A DNA stretch of 64,000 bases from Pseudomonadota bacterium (GCA_022361155.1 JAKSBK010000095.1:27462-91461), one strand, 5' to 3'. Shown: positions 24,883-34,487, counted from the stretch's first letter. Notes: generated by a model not told the origin, from the sequence alone. Numbers and translations are program-made.

Positions 24883-25895
24883 CTGGACCCGCCTCGCGCG
24901 GGTGCTCGGGCAGGCCGCGGCAAAGCCGAGCAGACCGTGGTTCGGACCCTCGGGCTCACGGCGGCCTCTTGTTGGGTGCGCGCGGCAGGGCGAGGTAGAG
25001 AGCGTCGCTGCGGGCAAGCTTTGCGGGGGCGTCGCTGGGCGCGGGACGCGGGCGGCGATCGTCGGGGATGGCTCGTGATGCGCCGGGGATGGCTCGTGAT
25101 GCGCCGGGGCGGTGCCACGTCGCGGCCCGAAGGGGCGGCCACCGACGGTAGTGCGCCCATCGGTTCAGGCTCCACGGCCTGCAGAGCTTGGCTGCTCGGG
25201 CTCGATCCCCCTGACCCGGCAGCTCCCGCGCCGCTCCGGAACAGGCGCTGCCACAAGCGGGCCCCTGGTCGCACGGCCCAGGCAAGTGCGACCGCGAGCA
25301 AAACGCAGGCGACGGCATAAAACCCGACGCACGCGCTCAGGCCCCTGCGCAGCGCCAGCATGAGCCGGCGAATCCCGGATGCGCTCGCTCGAGCGGCACC
25401 GGGCACGAGCTCGCTACGCGCACCCTTGGTGTCCGTGGCGGTCACGCTTCGATCGTTGCGCCGCGAAGGTAGCGGTGGGGGCATCGCGGGCGCGTAGGGT
25501 AGGGTGAGGCGTGCGCCGGTCGAGCTGCGCGCTGCAAGCAGGGCCTGCTCGCTGCCGCGGGACTCACCCTGGTGGGAGTCGTGCACCGCGGATCGCCCGG
25601 CTGCGGTGTCGCTGGCGCGCTGCTCCAGGAAGGGCGACTCGTAGCCCAAACGCATCACCAGTCGCGGCACCTCGTCTTCGATCACGATGCCCACCGACTC
25701 GATGAGGCAGCGACGTCGGGACTCGTCGCGTACCCCGGTCCGCAGCTTCAGGAATGGAAGAACCTGCTCGACCGTCATCCCGCGCCCGTCGCGCCGGGTG
25801 ACGCGCGCGTTGATCGCCGCCGTCACGGTTTCCAAAAGGAGCCGCTCGTTCGTTTCTTGGTCGAGCTCGATCGACGGTGCTTGTGCCATGCTCAT
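24732..25895 (-). CDS. hypothetical single-pass membrane protein (weak call, low-complexity C-terminal half)
   Basis: 387-codon ORF. The N-terminal ~95 aa look globular. One TM helix (VGFYAVACVLLAVALAWAV). The Pro/Arg/Ser-rich tail overlaps the convergent SctQ-like gene by 151 nt. Confidence 0.4.
   Translation of the reverse strand: MSMAQAPSIELDQETNERLLLETVTAAINARVTRRDGRGMTVEQVLPFLKLRTGVRDESRRRCLIESVGIVIEDEVPRLVMRLGYESPFLEQRASDTAAGRSAVHDSHQGESRGSEQALLAARSSTGARLTLPYAPAMPPPLPSRRNDRSVTATDTKGARSELVPGAARASASGIRRLMLALRRGLSACVGFYAVACVLLAVALAWAVRPGARLWQRLFRSGAGAAGSGGSSPSSQALQAVEPEPMGALPSVAAPSGRDVAPPRRITSHPRRITSHPRRSPPASRAQRRPRKACPQRRSLPRPAARTQQEAAVSPRVRTTVCSALPRPARAPARGGSSQEAAAGSSATRTMRTPTSPSMSTSSPVAMAAGPARNTTCSPIRRPVLRT
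25064..25105. repeat. perfect 21-bp tandem duplication
   Basis: ggggatggctcgtgatgcgcc occurs twice head to tail (encodes PRRITSH x2 on the minus strand). Confidence 0.9.
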
Positions 25896-26030
25896 CGCCT
25901 CCGCGCACTGCCCACGGTCTCAACGTCACCGAAGCCCGCGCGCGCGTCCACTTACTGCATCAAATAGGTACGATCTCGGTACCGGCAGTACGCGGCTGTC
26001 TTACAGTGTTGCTGGCCGCACGCTGGCCTC

Positions 26031-27932
26031 GTGCTAAAGCGTCGGCGAACGGTTGAGATGACACGCCAATCCCAGCAGGCGCGGAGCGGGGTCGAGGCGG
26101 CGGATAACCGGCCGCTGGGCAGCCGCTCGCTGCGAAACGTCGCGATCGTGGCGCATGTCGATCACGGCAAGACGACGTTGGTCGACGCGATGCTGCATCA
26201 AACCGGCGTTTTCCGGCGCAACGAGCAGGTGCCTGAGCGGGCGCTGGATTCGCACGACCTCGAGCGCGAGCGCGGTATCACGATTCTGGCCAAGCACACG
26301 TCGGTCCAGTATCGCGGCACGCGCATCAACATCATCGACACGCCCGGTCATGCCGATTTCGGCGGTGAGGTAGAGCGAACCCTGATGCTCGCAGACGGGG
26401 CGCTTCTGATAGTGGACGCGGCAGAGGGACCCTTGCCGCAGACCCGCTTCGTGTTGCAGCACGCGCTCGGGCTGGGGCTGCCGATCGTAGTCGCCATCAA
26501 CAAGATCGACCGGCACGATGCCCGTCCGGACGAGGTCTTGAGCGAAGTCTTCGATCTGTTCTGCGAGCTCGAGGCCAGCGACGAGCAGGCCGATTTTGCG
26601 ACGCTCTATACGATTGGAAAGCTCGGTCAATGCAAACGGGCCATGAGCGACGATCTCGGCGATCTGGGACCGTTGTTTGAAACCCTCATCGCGCGCATAC
26701 CGCCTCCCGAAGACGGCTCGGGCAAGCCCTTGCAGATGCTTGTGGCCAACATTCAACACGACGACTACGTCGGGCGGCTCGGCATGGGACGCGTCGTGCA
26801 GGGCAGCCTGCGCCCTGGGCAGCTGGTGATGCACCTGCACAAAGACGGCGAGCGGCGTGCGAGCGTCGGAAAGCTCTACCGCTATGAGGGCTTGCGAAGG
26901 GTCGACGTCGAGGATGCCTGCGCCGGCGACATCGTGTCGTTCTCGGGGATCGAGGAGCTGCAGATCGGCGACACCGTCACGGCCCTGGATACGCCTGTGC
27001 CCCTGCCGCGCATCGAGATCAGCGACCCGACCATCAAGATGCGCTTCCAGGTGAACAGCTCCCCCTTTGCGGGCCAGAGCGGACAGTTCATCACCTCGAG
27101 ACATCTGCGAGACCGCCTGCAGCGCGAGGCGCGACGCAATTTGGCTATGCGCTGCAAGCCGACCGATCAGCCCGATGCCTTCACGGTCTACGGCCGAGGC
27201 GAGCTCATGCTTGCCGTGCTCGTCGAGAACATGCGCCGCGAGGGCTACGAGCTTTCGCTGGGCACGCCCGAGGCGGTGCAAAGAGACCGCGGCGGCGTCA
27301 TCGAGGAGCCCTTCGAACGGGCGGTCGTGGACGTTCCAGAGGAGCACGTCGGCGTGGTCACGTCCAAGCTCGGTCAGCGTGGCGCGCATATGATCGCCAT
27401 GTCGAGTCCCTTGAGCGGTCGCGTACGCTCCGAGTTCCGGATTTCGTCCCGCAACCTCATAGGCTACCGTTCCGAGTTTCTCACCGACACCCGCGGCACG
27501 GGACTGCTCACCACGCTATTTGACGGCTGGGCCGCACCCTCCTGCGTGAAGGTATGTCGCAAGCGAGGTGCCATGGTTGCCGACCGCAAGGGCAACACCA
27601 CCCCTTATGCGTTGTTTCAGCTGCAACCGCGCGGCCGCTTGTTCGTGGGTCCAGGCCGCCGGGTTTATGAAGGCATGATCGTGGGTGAGCACAACCGCGC
27701 CAACGACCTCGATGTCAATGTGACCCGGGAGAAGAAGCTCACCAACATCCGAGCAGCAGGTCGCGACGAAAACGTGGTCCTGAGCCCACCTTTGGAGCTT
27801 GACGTGGAAACCGCGATGGAGTTCATCGACAGCGACGAGCTGGTGGAGGTCACGCCCGATGCGGTCCGGGTGCGCAAGAAGATCCTCTCCTGCAACCGCC
27901 GCCCCAAACGTACCGCCTTGCTGGCGGGGTGA
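26031..27932 (+). CDS. typA: translational GTPase TypA/BipA
   Basis: [39 protein letters not shown]-like domain order. The start may be the Met at 26058. Confidence 0.95.
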   Translation: MLKRRRTVEMTRQSQQARSGVEAADNRPLGSRSLRNVAIVAHVDHGKTTLVDAMLHQTGVFRRNEQVPERALDSHDLERERGITILAKHTSVQYRGTRINIIDTPGHADFGGEVERTLMLADGALLIVDAAEGPLPQTRFVLQHALGLGLPIVVAINKIDRHDARPDEVLSEVFDLFCELEASDEQADFATLYTIGKLGQCKRAMSDDLGDLGPLFETLIARIPPPEDGSGKPLQMLVANIQHDDYVGRLGMGRVVQGSLRPGQLVMHLHKDGERRASVGKLYRYEGLRRVDVEDACAGDIVSFSGIEELQIGDTVTALDTPVPLPRIEISDPTIKMRFQVNSSPFAGQSGQFITSRHLRDRLQREARRNLAMRCKPTDQPDAFTVYGRGELMLAVLVENMRREGYELSLGTPEAVQRDRGGVIEEPFERAVVDVPEEHVGVVTSKLGQRGAHMIAMSSPLSGRVRSEFRISSRNLIGYRSEFLTDTRGTGLLTTLFDGWAAPSCVKVCRKRGAMVADRKGNTTPYALFQLQPRGRLFVGPGRRVYEGMIVGEHNRANDLDVNVTREKKLTNIRAAGRDENVVLSPPLELDVETAMEFIDSDELVEVTPDAVRVRKKILSCNRRPKRTALLAG

Positions 27933-28214
27933 TTGCCGGCGCGAGTGTCACGAAGCTCTTTGCGCGGGCATGGGGCTTGCTGCCGCTTGGCTGCCCGGAG
28001 CCTGTTCGCCGGCTTTCCAAACCGGGACGTCGCAAGCGCTGCCTCCCGATGCTGGCCGAACGACCGGTGCTTCGGGCAGCGGTGCTTCGGGAAACGGCAG
28101 CCCAGGCGTGCCTGGCGCCGGTGTAGTCGCCGAGCATCAAGCCAAGCTGCAGGGCGTCGAGCTTGCAGGCAGTTCCTAGCCCGCTTCGGTCGCCGAGGTT
28201 TGGGACGCAGGACA

Positions 28215-29537
28215 CTACATGCGGAGCGGAGGATCCGAGCGCACACCGAGCAGGAGCTCGCGTGCCACGGCTACCATGAAAATGGAGCCGGCAACCACGA
28301 GCAGGCCGCGCTCTCCCGCGTCCCCTTGCGCTCGCTCCAGGCCTGCCCTGGGATCGGGGCAGCACGTACCGGGCACGACTTGGTGCAGTGTCTCCGGTGG
28401 GGCGGCACGAGGCAGCGGTGGGGCCGCGTACACGACGCTGTCCACGTGGGGGCGCAGGCTATGGAGCATGCCCGCGTAATCCTTGTCCGCCATCGTGCCA
28501 AAGAGCAGCGCCACCTTGCGGCCGTTCCGGTGGGCGGTGACGAAACTGGCTAGCGCCCGGCAGCCATCGAGGTTGTGCGCTGCATCCAGCAGGCAGGCCG
28601 GCTTTCCGGGCAGCCACTCGTTGCGACCCGGCCAGCGGGTGCGCTCGAGGCCTTGTCGGATGGCGGCCTCTGCAACGGGAAAGCCGATCCGCTCGAGCTG
28701 CAGCGCCGCCACGACCGCGCAGCTCGCATTGTGAACCTGGTGAGTTCCCTCGAGCCCGCAACGCAGCCCCTGCAGCCGCTGCTCGCCCAGCGCCAGGTCG
28801 AACGAGCCGCTCGCTTGCCATGGACGGGGCTCGAAGTCACGGCCGGCGCACAACGTCGGCACACCCAGCTCCCGGGCGCGGCCGGCGATCACGCTGAGCG
28901 CGCTCGGCTCACGCACGCCCACGATCGCAGGAACCGCGCACTTGAGAATGCCCGCCTTCTCGCGCGCGATGCTCGCCAGATCCGTGCCCAGGATGCGGCC
29001 GTGATCGTGACCGATATGCGTGATGACCGATAACACCGACGGCGCTGCATTCGTCGCATCGAGGCGCCCGCCCAGACCGACCTCGAGTATGGCGATGTCG
29101 CAGCGCCGGTCACGGAAGTGCTGGAACGCCATCAGGGTGGTGAGCTCGAAAAAGGTCAGGCGTGGCGCACCCGGCTGCGCGAGCGCCCGACTGAGGGCCT
29201 GGTGGCGCCCAGCCACTTCGCGCTGCGTGATCGCGCGCCCGTTCACACGTATCCGCTCCACGAAGCGATGCAAGTGCGGCGAGGTGTACAGGCCTGTACG
29301 GTATCCCGCAGCCTGCAGCGTTTCGGCGAGCATGACCGAAACGCTTCCCTTGCCGTTGGTTCCAGCCACGTGCACGAAGGGCGTGGCGAGCTCGGGCGAG
29401 TCGAGCAGGGCGAGCGCCTCGTGCATGCGCTCGAGGTCGAGTTTGACGCCGCGGGCCTGAAGTGCGTAAAGACCCCTGAGGGCTTCGCGGTAGCTCGCAC
29501 GCACAGTCCTTGGGTACGGCGAAGGCAGCGGCTGCAT
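28215..29537 (-). CDS. folC: bifunctional folylpolyglutamate synthase / dihydrofolate synthase
   Basis: HVAGTNGKGSVS P-loop, Mur-ligase middle and C-terminal domains. Start taken at ATG 29537, just after the accD stop. Confidence 0.9.
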   Translation of the reverse strand: MQPLPSPYPRTVRASYREALRGLYALQARGVKLDLERMHEALALLDSPELATPFVHVAGTNGKGSVSVMLAETLQAAGYRTGLYTSPHLHRFVERIRVNGRAITQREVAGRHQALSRALAQPGAPRLTFFELTTLMAFQHFRDRRCDIAILEVGLGGRLDATNAAPSVLSVITHIGHDHGRILGTDLASIAREKAGILKCAVPAIVGVREPSALSVIAGRARELGVPTLCAGRDFEPRPWQASGSFDLALGEQRLQGLRCGLEGTHQVHNASCAVVAALQLERIGFPVAEAAIRQGLERTRWPGRNEWLPGKPACLLDAAHNLDGCRALASFVTAHRNGRKVALLFGTMADKDYAGMLHSLRPHVDSVVYAAPPLPRAAPPETLHQVVPGTCCPDPRAGLERAQGDAGERGLLVVAGSIFMVAVARELLLGVRSDPPLRM

Positions 29538-29544
29538 GCGGCTT

Positions 29545-30381
29545 TCAGCCCACGAGATGCGACAAGACCCTGGCGATCGTGGCACGCATCTCGCGGCGCT
29601 CGGCGATCATGTCCAGCATGCCGTGCTCGAGCAGAAACTCCGAGCGCTGGAAGCCTTCCGGCAGCTTCTGACGGATGGTGTTTTCGATCACGCGGGCGCC
29701 TGCAAAGCCAATGCGTGCCCGCGGCTCCGCGATGTTGACGTCGCCGAGCAGCGCGTAGCTCGCTGCAACGCCGCCTGTTGTGGGGTCCAGGAGCACGCTC
29801 ACGAAAGGCACCCCCTCGTCTCGCATCCTGCCCAAGGCGGCGGCCGTCTTCGCCATCTGCATGAGCGAGAGCACGCCTTCCTGCATGCGCGCGCCGCCCG
29901 AGGAGCTGAGCACGACAGCGGGGTGCCGGCGCTCTGCTGCCCGCTCGAAGGTCGTGGTGATCTTCTCCCCGACGACCGAGCCCATGGAGCCGCCCAGAAA
30001 TCGAAACAGGAGCAGGCTCATTTCCACCGGCCGGCCCTCGATCGCGCCCGTGCCGGTCAGGACGGCATCGTTTACGCCTGTCTTCTTGATCGCTGCCTTG
30101 ATCCGGTCCGGATAGCGCTTGCTGTCCTTGAACCCCAGGGGATCCATGGAAACCAGCGCCTGCTCGGCCTCGGTCCAGGATCCGGGGTCGAGCAACAAGT
30201 CGAGCCAGGCTTCTCCGCTGAGCCGGTAGTGGAAACCGCAGCCCGGGCAGACCTCGATGTTGGCGTTGAACTCTTCGGCTGTGCGGGTTTCGCCGCAATT
30301 CTCGCAGCGACGGAAGATACCCTCACCGAGCGTGCGCTTCTTCTCGTTGCGGGCCGCCCTGTTTTTGGTGAACCAACCCAT
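29545..30381 (-). CDS. accD: acetyl-CoA carboxylase carboxyltransferase beta subunit
   Basis: MGWFTKN start, zinc ribbon CENCGE...CPGCGFH, and GGSMG/GGARMQEG carboxyltransferase motifs. The track ORF extension to 31044 is Arg/Gly-rich junk that overlaps pgeF. Confidence 0.93.
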   Translation of the reverse strand: MGWFTKNRAARNEKKRTLGEGIFRRCENCGETRTAEEFNANIEVCPGCGFHYRLSGEAWLDLLLDPGSWTEAEQALVSMDPLGFKDSKRYPDRIKAAIKKTGVNDAVLTGTGAIEGRPVEMSLLLFRFLGGSMGSVVGEKITTTFERAAERRHPAVVLSSSGGARMQEGVLSLMQMAKTAAALGRMRDEGVPFVSVLLDPTTGGVAASYALLGDVNIAEPRARIGFAGARVIENTIRQKLPEGFQRSEFLLEHGMLDMIAERREMRATIARVLSHLVG

Positions 30382-30446
30382 CGGCGCGCTGCGCATAGCA
30401 CGAAGTGTCGGGGGCGGGTAGACCTCGCATGCGCGCCCCCAGCCTG

Positions 30447-31259
30447 CTAGCGCTGGCCGGCGCGCCGGCCGACCACGACCGCCAGATGCCGGCCCGAACG
30501 CGGCCCGTCTCGGCGATACGAAAAGAAGCGCTCGGGCTCGCAGCGCGTGCAGCCGTCGATGTCCTCGATGCGCTCGGAGCCCAGGCCACACGCCCGAAGC
30601 TGGGCGCGTGCCACCGCCGAAAGGCTCACCCGCGGGCGCGGCCGGCGACGGTCTACGACGCGCTGGTCCCCGGCCGCGCCGGCGAGCTCGGTCGCCACGT
30701 CTTGACCCACCTCGAAGCAGCAGGCTCGGATGTGGGGGAAGACGGCGGCTAAAACGCGCGCGCCAGCTCCCCGACCGGGCCCGGCCAGGACCGCCACGGC
30801 GGCGGCAATCACCCCGGACACCAGGCCTCGCCAACCCGCGTGAACCGCAGCCGCGCCGCCGGTTGCCGGGTTTGCCAGCAGCAGCGCGATACAATCGGCC
30901 ACACGCACGCCCGCCGCCAGTCCATGATGGCGCACGACGATCGCGTCTCCCTGGCGTTGCCGGAAGCGCTCCGGACTCTGTTCCGGATGCGCGATGTGTA
31001 CCGCGGAGCCATGAACCTGGCTCAGCTCGAACAGTCGCGCGCACGAGTAGCCCAGCGAGGCAGCGAGCCGGCGGTGGTTGTCCTGCACCTGCTCCGGGGC
31101 GTCGCCCAGATCACGCCCGAGGTTGAGCGAATCGAACGGCGCCGAGCTCGAGCCACCTGCGCGTAGCGACATGCCATGCCGGAAACCGGCCGCTAGCAAC
31201 AGAGACGACTGCAGGGCAAGCGCCTGCGTGCCCGAAACCTTGGTGGAGTCCGAAGCCAT
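30447..31259 (-). CDS. pgeF: purine-nucleoside phosphorylase / polyphenol-oxidase family protein YfiH (PgeF, DUF152)
   Basis: SAPFDSLNLG, QVHGSAV, VRVADCIALLL, AAVHAGWRG, and CTRCEPERFFSYRRDG. Start at ATG 31259. Confidence 0.88.
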   Translation of the reverse strand: MASDSTKVSGTQALALQSSLLLAAGFRHGMSLRAGGSSSAPFDSLNLGRDLGDAPEQVQDNHRRLAASLGYSCARLFELSQVHGSAVHIAHPEQSPERFRQRQGDAIVVRHHGLAAGVRVADCIALLLANPATGGAAAVHAGWRGLVSGVIAAAVAVLAGPGRGAGARVLAAVFPHIRACCFEVGQDVATELAGAAGDQRVVDRRRPRPRVSLSAVARAQLRACGLGSERIEDIDGCTRCEPERFFSYRRDGPRSGRHLAVVVGRRAGQR

Positions 31260-31314
31260 GAGCCGGCCTGCGTTGCGTTCGATCGCCACGTCCCCTATCT
31301 TCCCTGCCTCCTCT

Positions 31315-31328
31315 TGCTTGTACAAGCA
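31315..31328. promoter_or_regulatory. 14-bp perfect palindrome TGCTTGTACAAGCA followed by AAGCAGCAG direct repeats
   Basis: It lies in the 146-nt divergent spacer between pgeF (31259) and the first SCP2 gene (31405). AAGCAGCAG occurs at 31324-31332 and 31337-31345, with a degenerate copy (aagcaagcg) downstream. Confidence 0.3.
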
Positions 31329-31404
31329 GCAGACACAAGCAGCAGGCACGAGAAGCAAGCGCACAGCGTAACCGCAACCCGCGATGCGGAGCTCAGCTCG
31401 CAGC

Positions 31405-31836
31405 ATGCACAGATTTCCATCGGCCGAGTGGACGGCAGCGTTCAAGGACGCGGTCAACGAGAACCCCGATTATGCTCGCGCGGGCGCCGACTGGACCCAC
31501 GGCGCCGTGCTGATGGTGGTCGCAGCCGACTCGAACCTGGGCATCGATCGGGACATGGGGATGCTGCTCGATGTGCATGCTGGCCGCTGCAACGCCGCTA
31601 GCTTCGTCGACGCGGACACCGGCCGGGGCAAGGCGCCGTTCGTGATCGAGGGCAGCTACGCCCGCTGGCGCTCGGTGATCGAGGGAGAGCTCGACCCCAT
31701 CAAGGCCATGATGCAGGGCAAGCTGAAGCTGACCAAAGGCCACCTGCCTACGATAATCCGCTACGTGGAGTCGTCGCGTCAGCTTGTCAGCAGCGCACAA
31801 AGAGTGCCCACCGAGTTCGTACAATCCCATGAGTAG
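31405..31836 (+). CDS. SCP2 sterol/lipid-binding domain protein
   Basis: EWTAAFKDAVNENPDY...DPIKAMMQGKLKLTKGHLPTIIRY is the typical SCP2 C-terminal signature. Confidence 0.8.
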   Translation: MHRFPSAEWTAAFKDAVNENPDYARAGADWTHGAVLMVVAADSNLGIDRDMGMLLDVHAGRCNAASFVDADTGRGKAPFVIEGSYARWRSVIEGELDPIKAMMQGKLKLTKGHLPTIIRYVESSRQLVSSAQRVPTEFVQSHE

Positions 31837-32275
31837 CGACGATTCGCCCGAGCAGTCCCAGGTAGCCCTTGCTCCAGGCAGCGAGAAAAACGGTCTGGCC
31901 TGCATGCTGGCGGACCTGCTGCGACAAAACCTGCGTGACAAGCCGGCCAAGCGAGCCGACTTCGGGCGCATTTCCGGCCGCGTGACGTTGGTGGCGGAGG
32001 ACGCAGAGGTCTCGCTCACGTTGGAGTTCTGCGCGGGACGCGTCGTTGTCCACCACGGCGTCGTAGGGCTTCCCGATGTCACGCTTCGTGCCGACAGCGA
32101 GACCGTCATCAACCTCTCCCTGCTCGAAGTTGGACGGCTCGGGCTGCCGAGCCCGCGGGGGAAAGCCGTGCGGACCATGGCCGAGGCGCTGCGCCAAGGC
32201 CGGCTGCGGGTCTACGGCGCCCTCGCGAACCTGCCCATGCTGCTGCGGCTGATACGCCTCATGTCGGTCAACTGA
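31829..32275 (+). CDS. SCP2 domain protein (second, divergent copy)
   Basis: LADLLRQNL...VTLRADSETVINL...GRLRVYGALANLPMLLRL. The ATG overlaps the preceding stop region by 8 nt. Confidence 0.7.
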   Translation: MSSDDSPEQSQVALAPGSEKNGLACMLADLLRQNLRDKPAKRADFGRISGRVTLVAEDAEVSLTLEFCAGRVVVHHGVVGLPDVTLRADSETVINLSLLEVGRLGLPSPRGKAVRTMAEALRQGRLRVYGALANLPMLLRLIRLMSVN

Positions 32276-32334
32276 GGGGCGGAAGAGCCGCGATCGCGCG
32301 CAGCGAAGCGCTTGCCATCGCCGGCGCAAACCCG

Positions 32335-32706
32335 TCCCGCAACACCGGACCGAGCAGCTCAACCGGAGCTGACGCCCGCGGCAGCGCTGACTTCAACGCT
32401 GACCTCGACCTGCACTTGAACCGACGCCTGCAGGGCGGAAAGCCTGCTCGCGGCGGCCGAGATCCCGATCTGCCCCTGGTCATAGTGTCCGGCGCGATCG
32501 GTGAAACGTCGGCCGTCGAGATGATGAAGGCCGGGGCGCATGACTACCTGCGCAAGGACCAATTGTCACGACTCGTGCCCGTCGTCGAGCGGGAACTGCG
32601 CGAAGCGAAGATGCGGCGTGAGGCACGTCAAGTCGGCCGCCCGATTAGCTGCTCTATCGTGCCCGCATGCGCGGCGAGTAGCAGCCGGCGGGATCGTGGC
32701 CTATGA
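32335..32706 (+). pseudogene. remnant of a response-regulator receiver domain (C-terminal half only)
   Basis: DPDLPLVIVSGAIGETSAVEMMKAGAHDYLRKDQLSRLVPVVERELREA is a good alpha3-to-alpha5 REC segment. The upstream in-frame sequence (ADFNADLDLHLNRRLQGG) only faintly recalls the phospho-acceptor region. There is no N-terminal DD pocket and no credible start. Confidence 0.5.
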
Positions 32707-33496
32707 GGGACCCGTGAGCTTGTTCACCCAATATGCCCGCGCCACCCAGGAACGACTGAGGCAGCGGGGCTCGCGTCCGACGCTGATTGAAGCGCACCTG
32801 TCCCGCCTGCCCCCACCTGTGCGGCGCTACCTGCGAAAGGCGGGAGTCCTCGGCCGGCCGCGAGTGCACCACTTCAAGGCCAGCTGGCAGGGACGGATTC
32901 GCGCCGGCGCTGACGAGCCATGGATGGAGTTCACCGCCGAGCAGCATAATTGGCCGAACGAGCCGGCCCGCTTCTTCTTCATGAAGGCCAAGCGCAGCGG
33001 CGTGCCGCTCGATGTGTACCACGCGTTTGCCGGCGGGACGGCCAGTATGCGCGTGCGGCTGCTGTCGCTTTTTCCGCTGGTTGACGCACGCGGCCCCGAG
33101 ATGACTCGCGCGGAAACCGTCACGCTGTTCAACGACATATGCGTGCTGGCCCCAGCCGAGCTTGTCGACCCGGAGATCCACTGGCAGCCCCTGAACGACC
33201 GGTCGGCGCGGGGGCACTACACGGTCGGTTCGAACACGGTCAGCGCCGTGCTGTGGTTCGGTGAGACCGGCGATCTCGTCGACTTCGTTTCGGACGACCG
33301 CCTCGCTGCTTCACGTGACGGCAAACACTTCGTCCAGCAGCGCTGGTCGACCCCCGTCGGGCAGTACAGAAACTTCGGCCCCGTGCGCGTGCCCGGCCGC
33401 GGTGAAGGTCGCTGGCATCCGCCCGAGGGCGAATACGCGTACTTGGAAATCGAGCTACTCGATCTGCAGCTCAACCCAGGCGTCCAACCCAGCTAG
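32696..33496 (+). CDS. conserved hypothetical protein
   Basis: High-GC3 ORF with globular composition (EFTAEQHNWPNEPARFFFMKAKRSGVPLDVYHAF...). I cannot name a family with confidence. Start guessed at GTG 32696 or 32714. Confidence 0.6.
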   Translation: MAYEGPVSLFTQYARATQERLRQRGSRPTLIEAHLSRLPPPVRRYLRKAGVLGRPRVHHFKASWQGRIRAGADEPWMEFTAEQHNWPNEPARFFFMKAKRSGVPLDVYHAFAGGTASMRVRLLSLFPLVDARGPEMTRAETVTLFNDICVLAPAELVDPEIHWQPLNDRSARGHYTVGSNTVSAVLWFGETGDLVDFVSDDRLAASRDGKHFVQQRWSTPVGQYRNFGPVRVPGRGEGRWHPPEGEYAYLEIELLDLQLNPGVQPS

Positions 33497-33502
33497 AACC
33501 CC

Positions 33503-34309
33503 ATGACGCGAACGATGAACGACATGGATTTCCTGCACCGTCAACTCCCGGTCGTGAACAAACGCGTGCACCGGCTGGGGCTTGCATTCAACTACGGGGT
33601 GGACGCTCAGGGTGTGCAGGCAGCGCTCGACAAGGGGGTGAACTACCTGTTCTGGACCAAATTCCGTACGGGCGAGTGCCACGAAGCGATCAAGGCGGCG
33701 CTCCAGCGCGATCGCGAGCGCTATGTGCTCGCAAGCGGGCCGGCGCTGGCATTCCTGGGTGGCAGCGTGCGACGTTCCGCCGAGAAGCTGCTGCGCTTGT
33801 TCGGGGTCGACTACATCGATGTGTTTCAGGTGTTTTGGCTCGGCAAGATGTCCGCCTTCACCCAATCCGTACAGCGAGAGCTCGTGAGGTTGCGCGAACA
33901 GGGGTTGGCGCGGGCCATCGGGGTATCCATCCACGATCGGCCGCGCGCGGCTCGGCTGGCCGTTGACTCGCCCCTCGATTTGCTGATGCTGCGCTACAAC
34001 GCCGCGCACCCCGGCGCCGAGACCGATATCTTCCCCAGCTACGCGCAGCGCCGTCCGCTGACGGTCGCCTACACCGCAACCTCATGGCGCAAGCTGCTCA
34101 AGCCACCCAAGGGCTGGGACGGAGAGGCCATGTCTGCCGGCGACTGCTACCGCTTCTGCCTCTCGAGCCCCCACGTAGACCTCGTCCTGTGCGGTGCGGG
34201 CAGCGGCCAGCAGCTGCAGGAGAACCTGCGCGCCTTGGGCAGGGGCTCGCTGTCACCCGAGGAGGACGAGCGGATCCGTCGCTTCGGCCGCGCCGTGCGG
34301 GGTGCGTGA
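33503..34309 (+). CDS. aldo/keto reductase family oxidoreductase
   Basis: VDYIDVFQVFW, GLARAIGVSIHD, and LLMLRYNAAH, with overall TIM-barrel AKR-like length and order. Confidence 0.75.
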   Translation: MTRTMNDMDFLHRQLPVVNKRVHRLGLAFNYGVDAQGVQAALDKGVNYLFWTKFRTGECHEAIKAALQRDRERYVLASGPALAFLGGSVRRSAEKLLRLFGVDYIDVFQVFWLGKMSAFTQSVQRELVRLREQGLARAIGVSIHDRPRAARLAVDSPLDLLMLRYNAAHPGAETDIFPSYAQRRPLTVAYTATSWRKLLKPPKGWDGEAMSAGDCYRFCLSSPHVDLVLCGAGSGQQLQENLRALGRGSLSPEEDERIRRFGRAVRGA

Positions 34310-34403
34310 GACGATCCGCCTCCGATTCGAGCCGGTATCCGACCCCGTTCGGCGCCGGGGTCGGATCCAGACAGCCGCTGCGCAAGACCCCCGCGATCAC
34401 CGG

Positions 34404-34487
34404 TGCGGACGAGAGGATTTGAACCTCCACGGGGTTTCCCCCACCAGATCCTTAGTCTGGCGCGTATGCCAATTCCGCCACGTCCGC
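34404..34487 (-). tRNA. tRNA-Leu with anticodon AAG (class II)
   Basis: The minus strand reads GCGGACG TG GCGGAATTGGCATACGCG CCAGA CTAAGGA TCTGG TGGGGGAAACCCCGT GGAGG TTCAAAT CCTCT CGTCCGC A. It is colinear with E. coli tRNA-Leu. Loop CTAAGGA places AAG at positions 34-36. Confidence 0.85.

Noticed and set aside
26034-27389. 451-aa minus-strand ORF
   Set aside because: It is antisense to typA, whose GTPase motifs are unambiguous.
27933-28553. 206-aa ORF in and beyond the typA-folC gap
   Set aside because: Most of it is antisense to folC. The 280-nt convergent gap shows no coding-like composition or motifs.
30382-31044. N-terminal 221-codon extension of the accD ORF, and the 29243-30298 ORF
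   Set aside because: The extension is Arg/Gly/Pro junk that overlaps pgeF. accD homology begins exactly at MGWFTKN (30381). The second ORF is out of frame within folC/accD.
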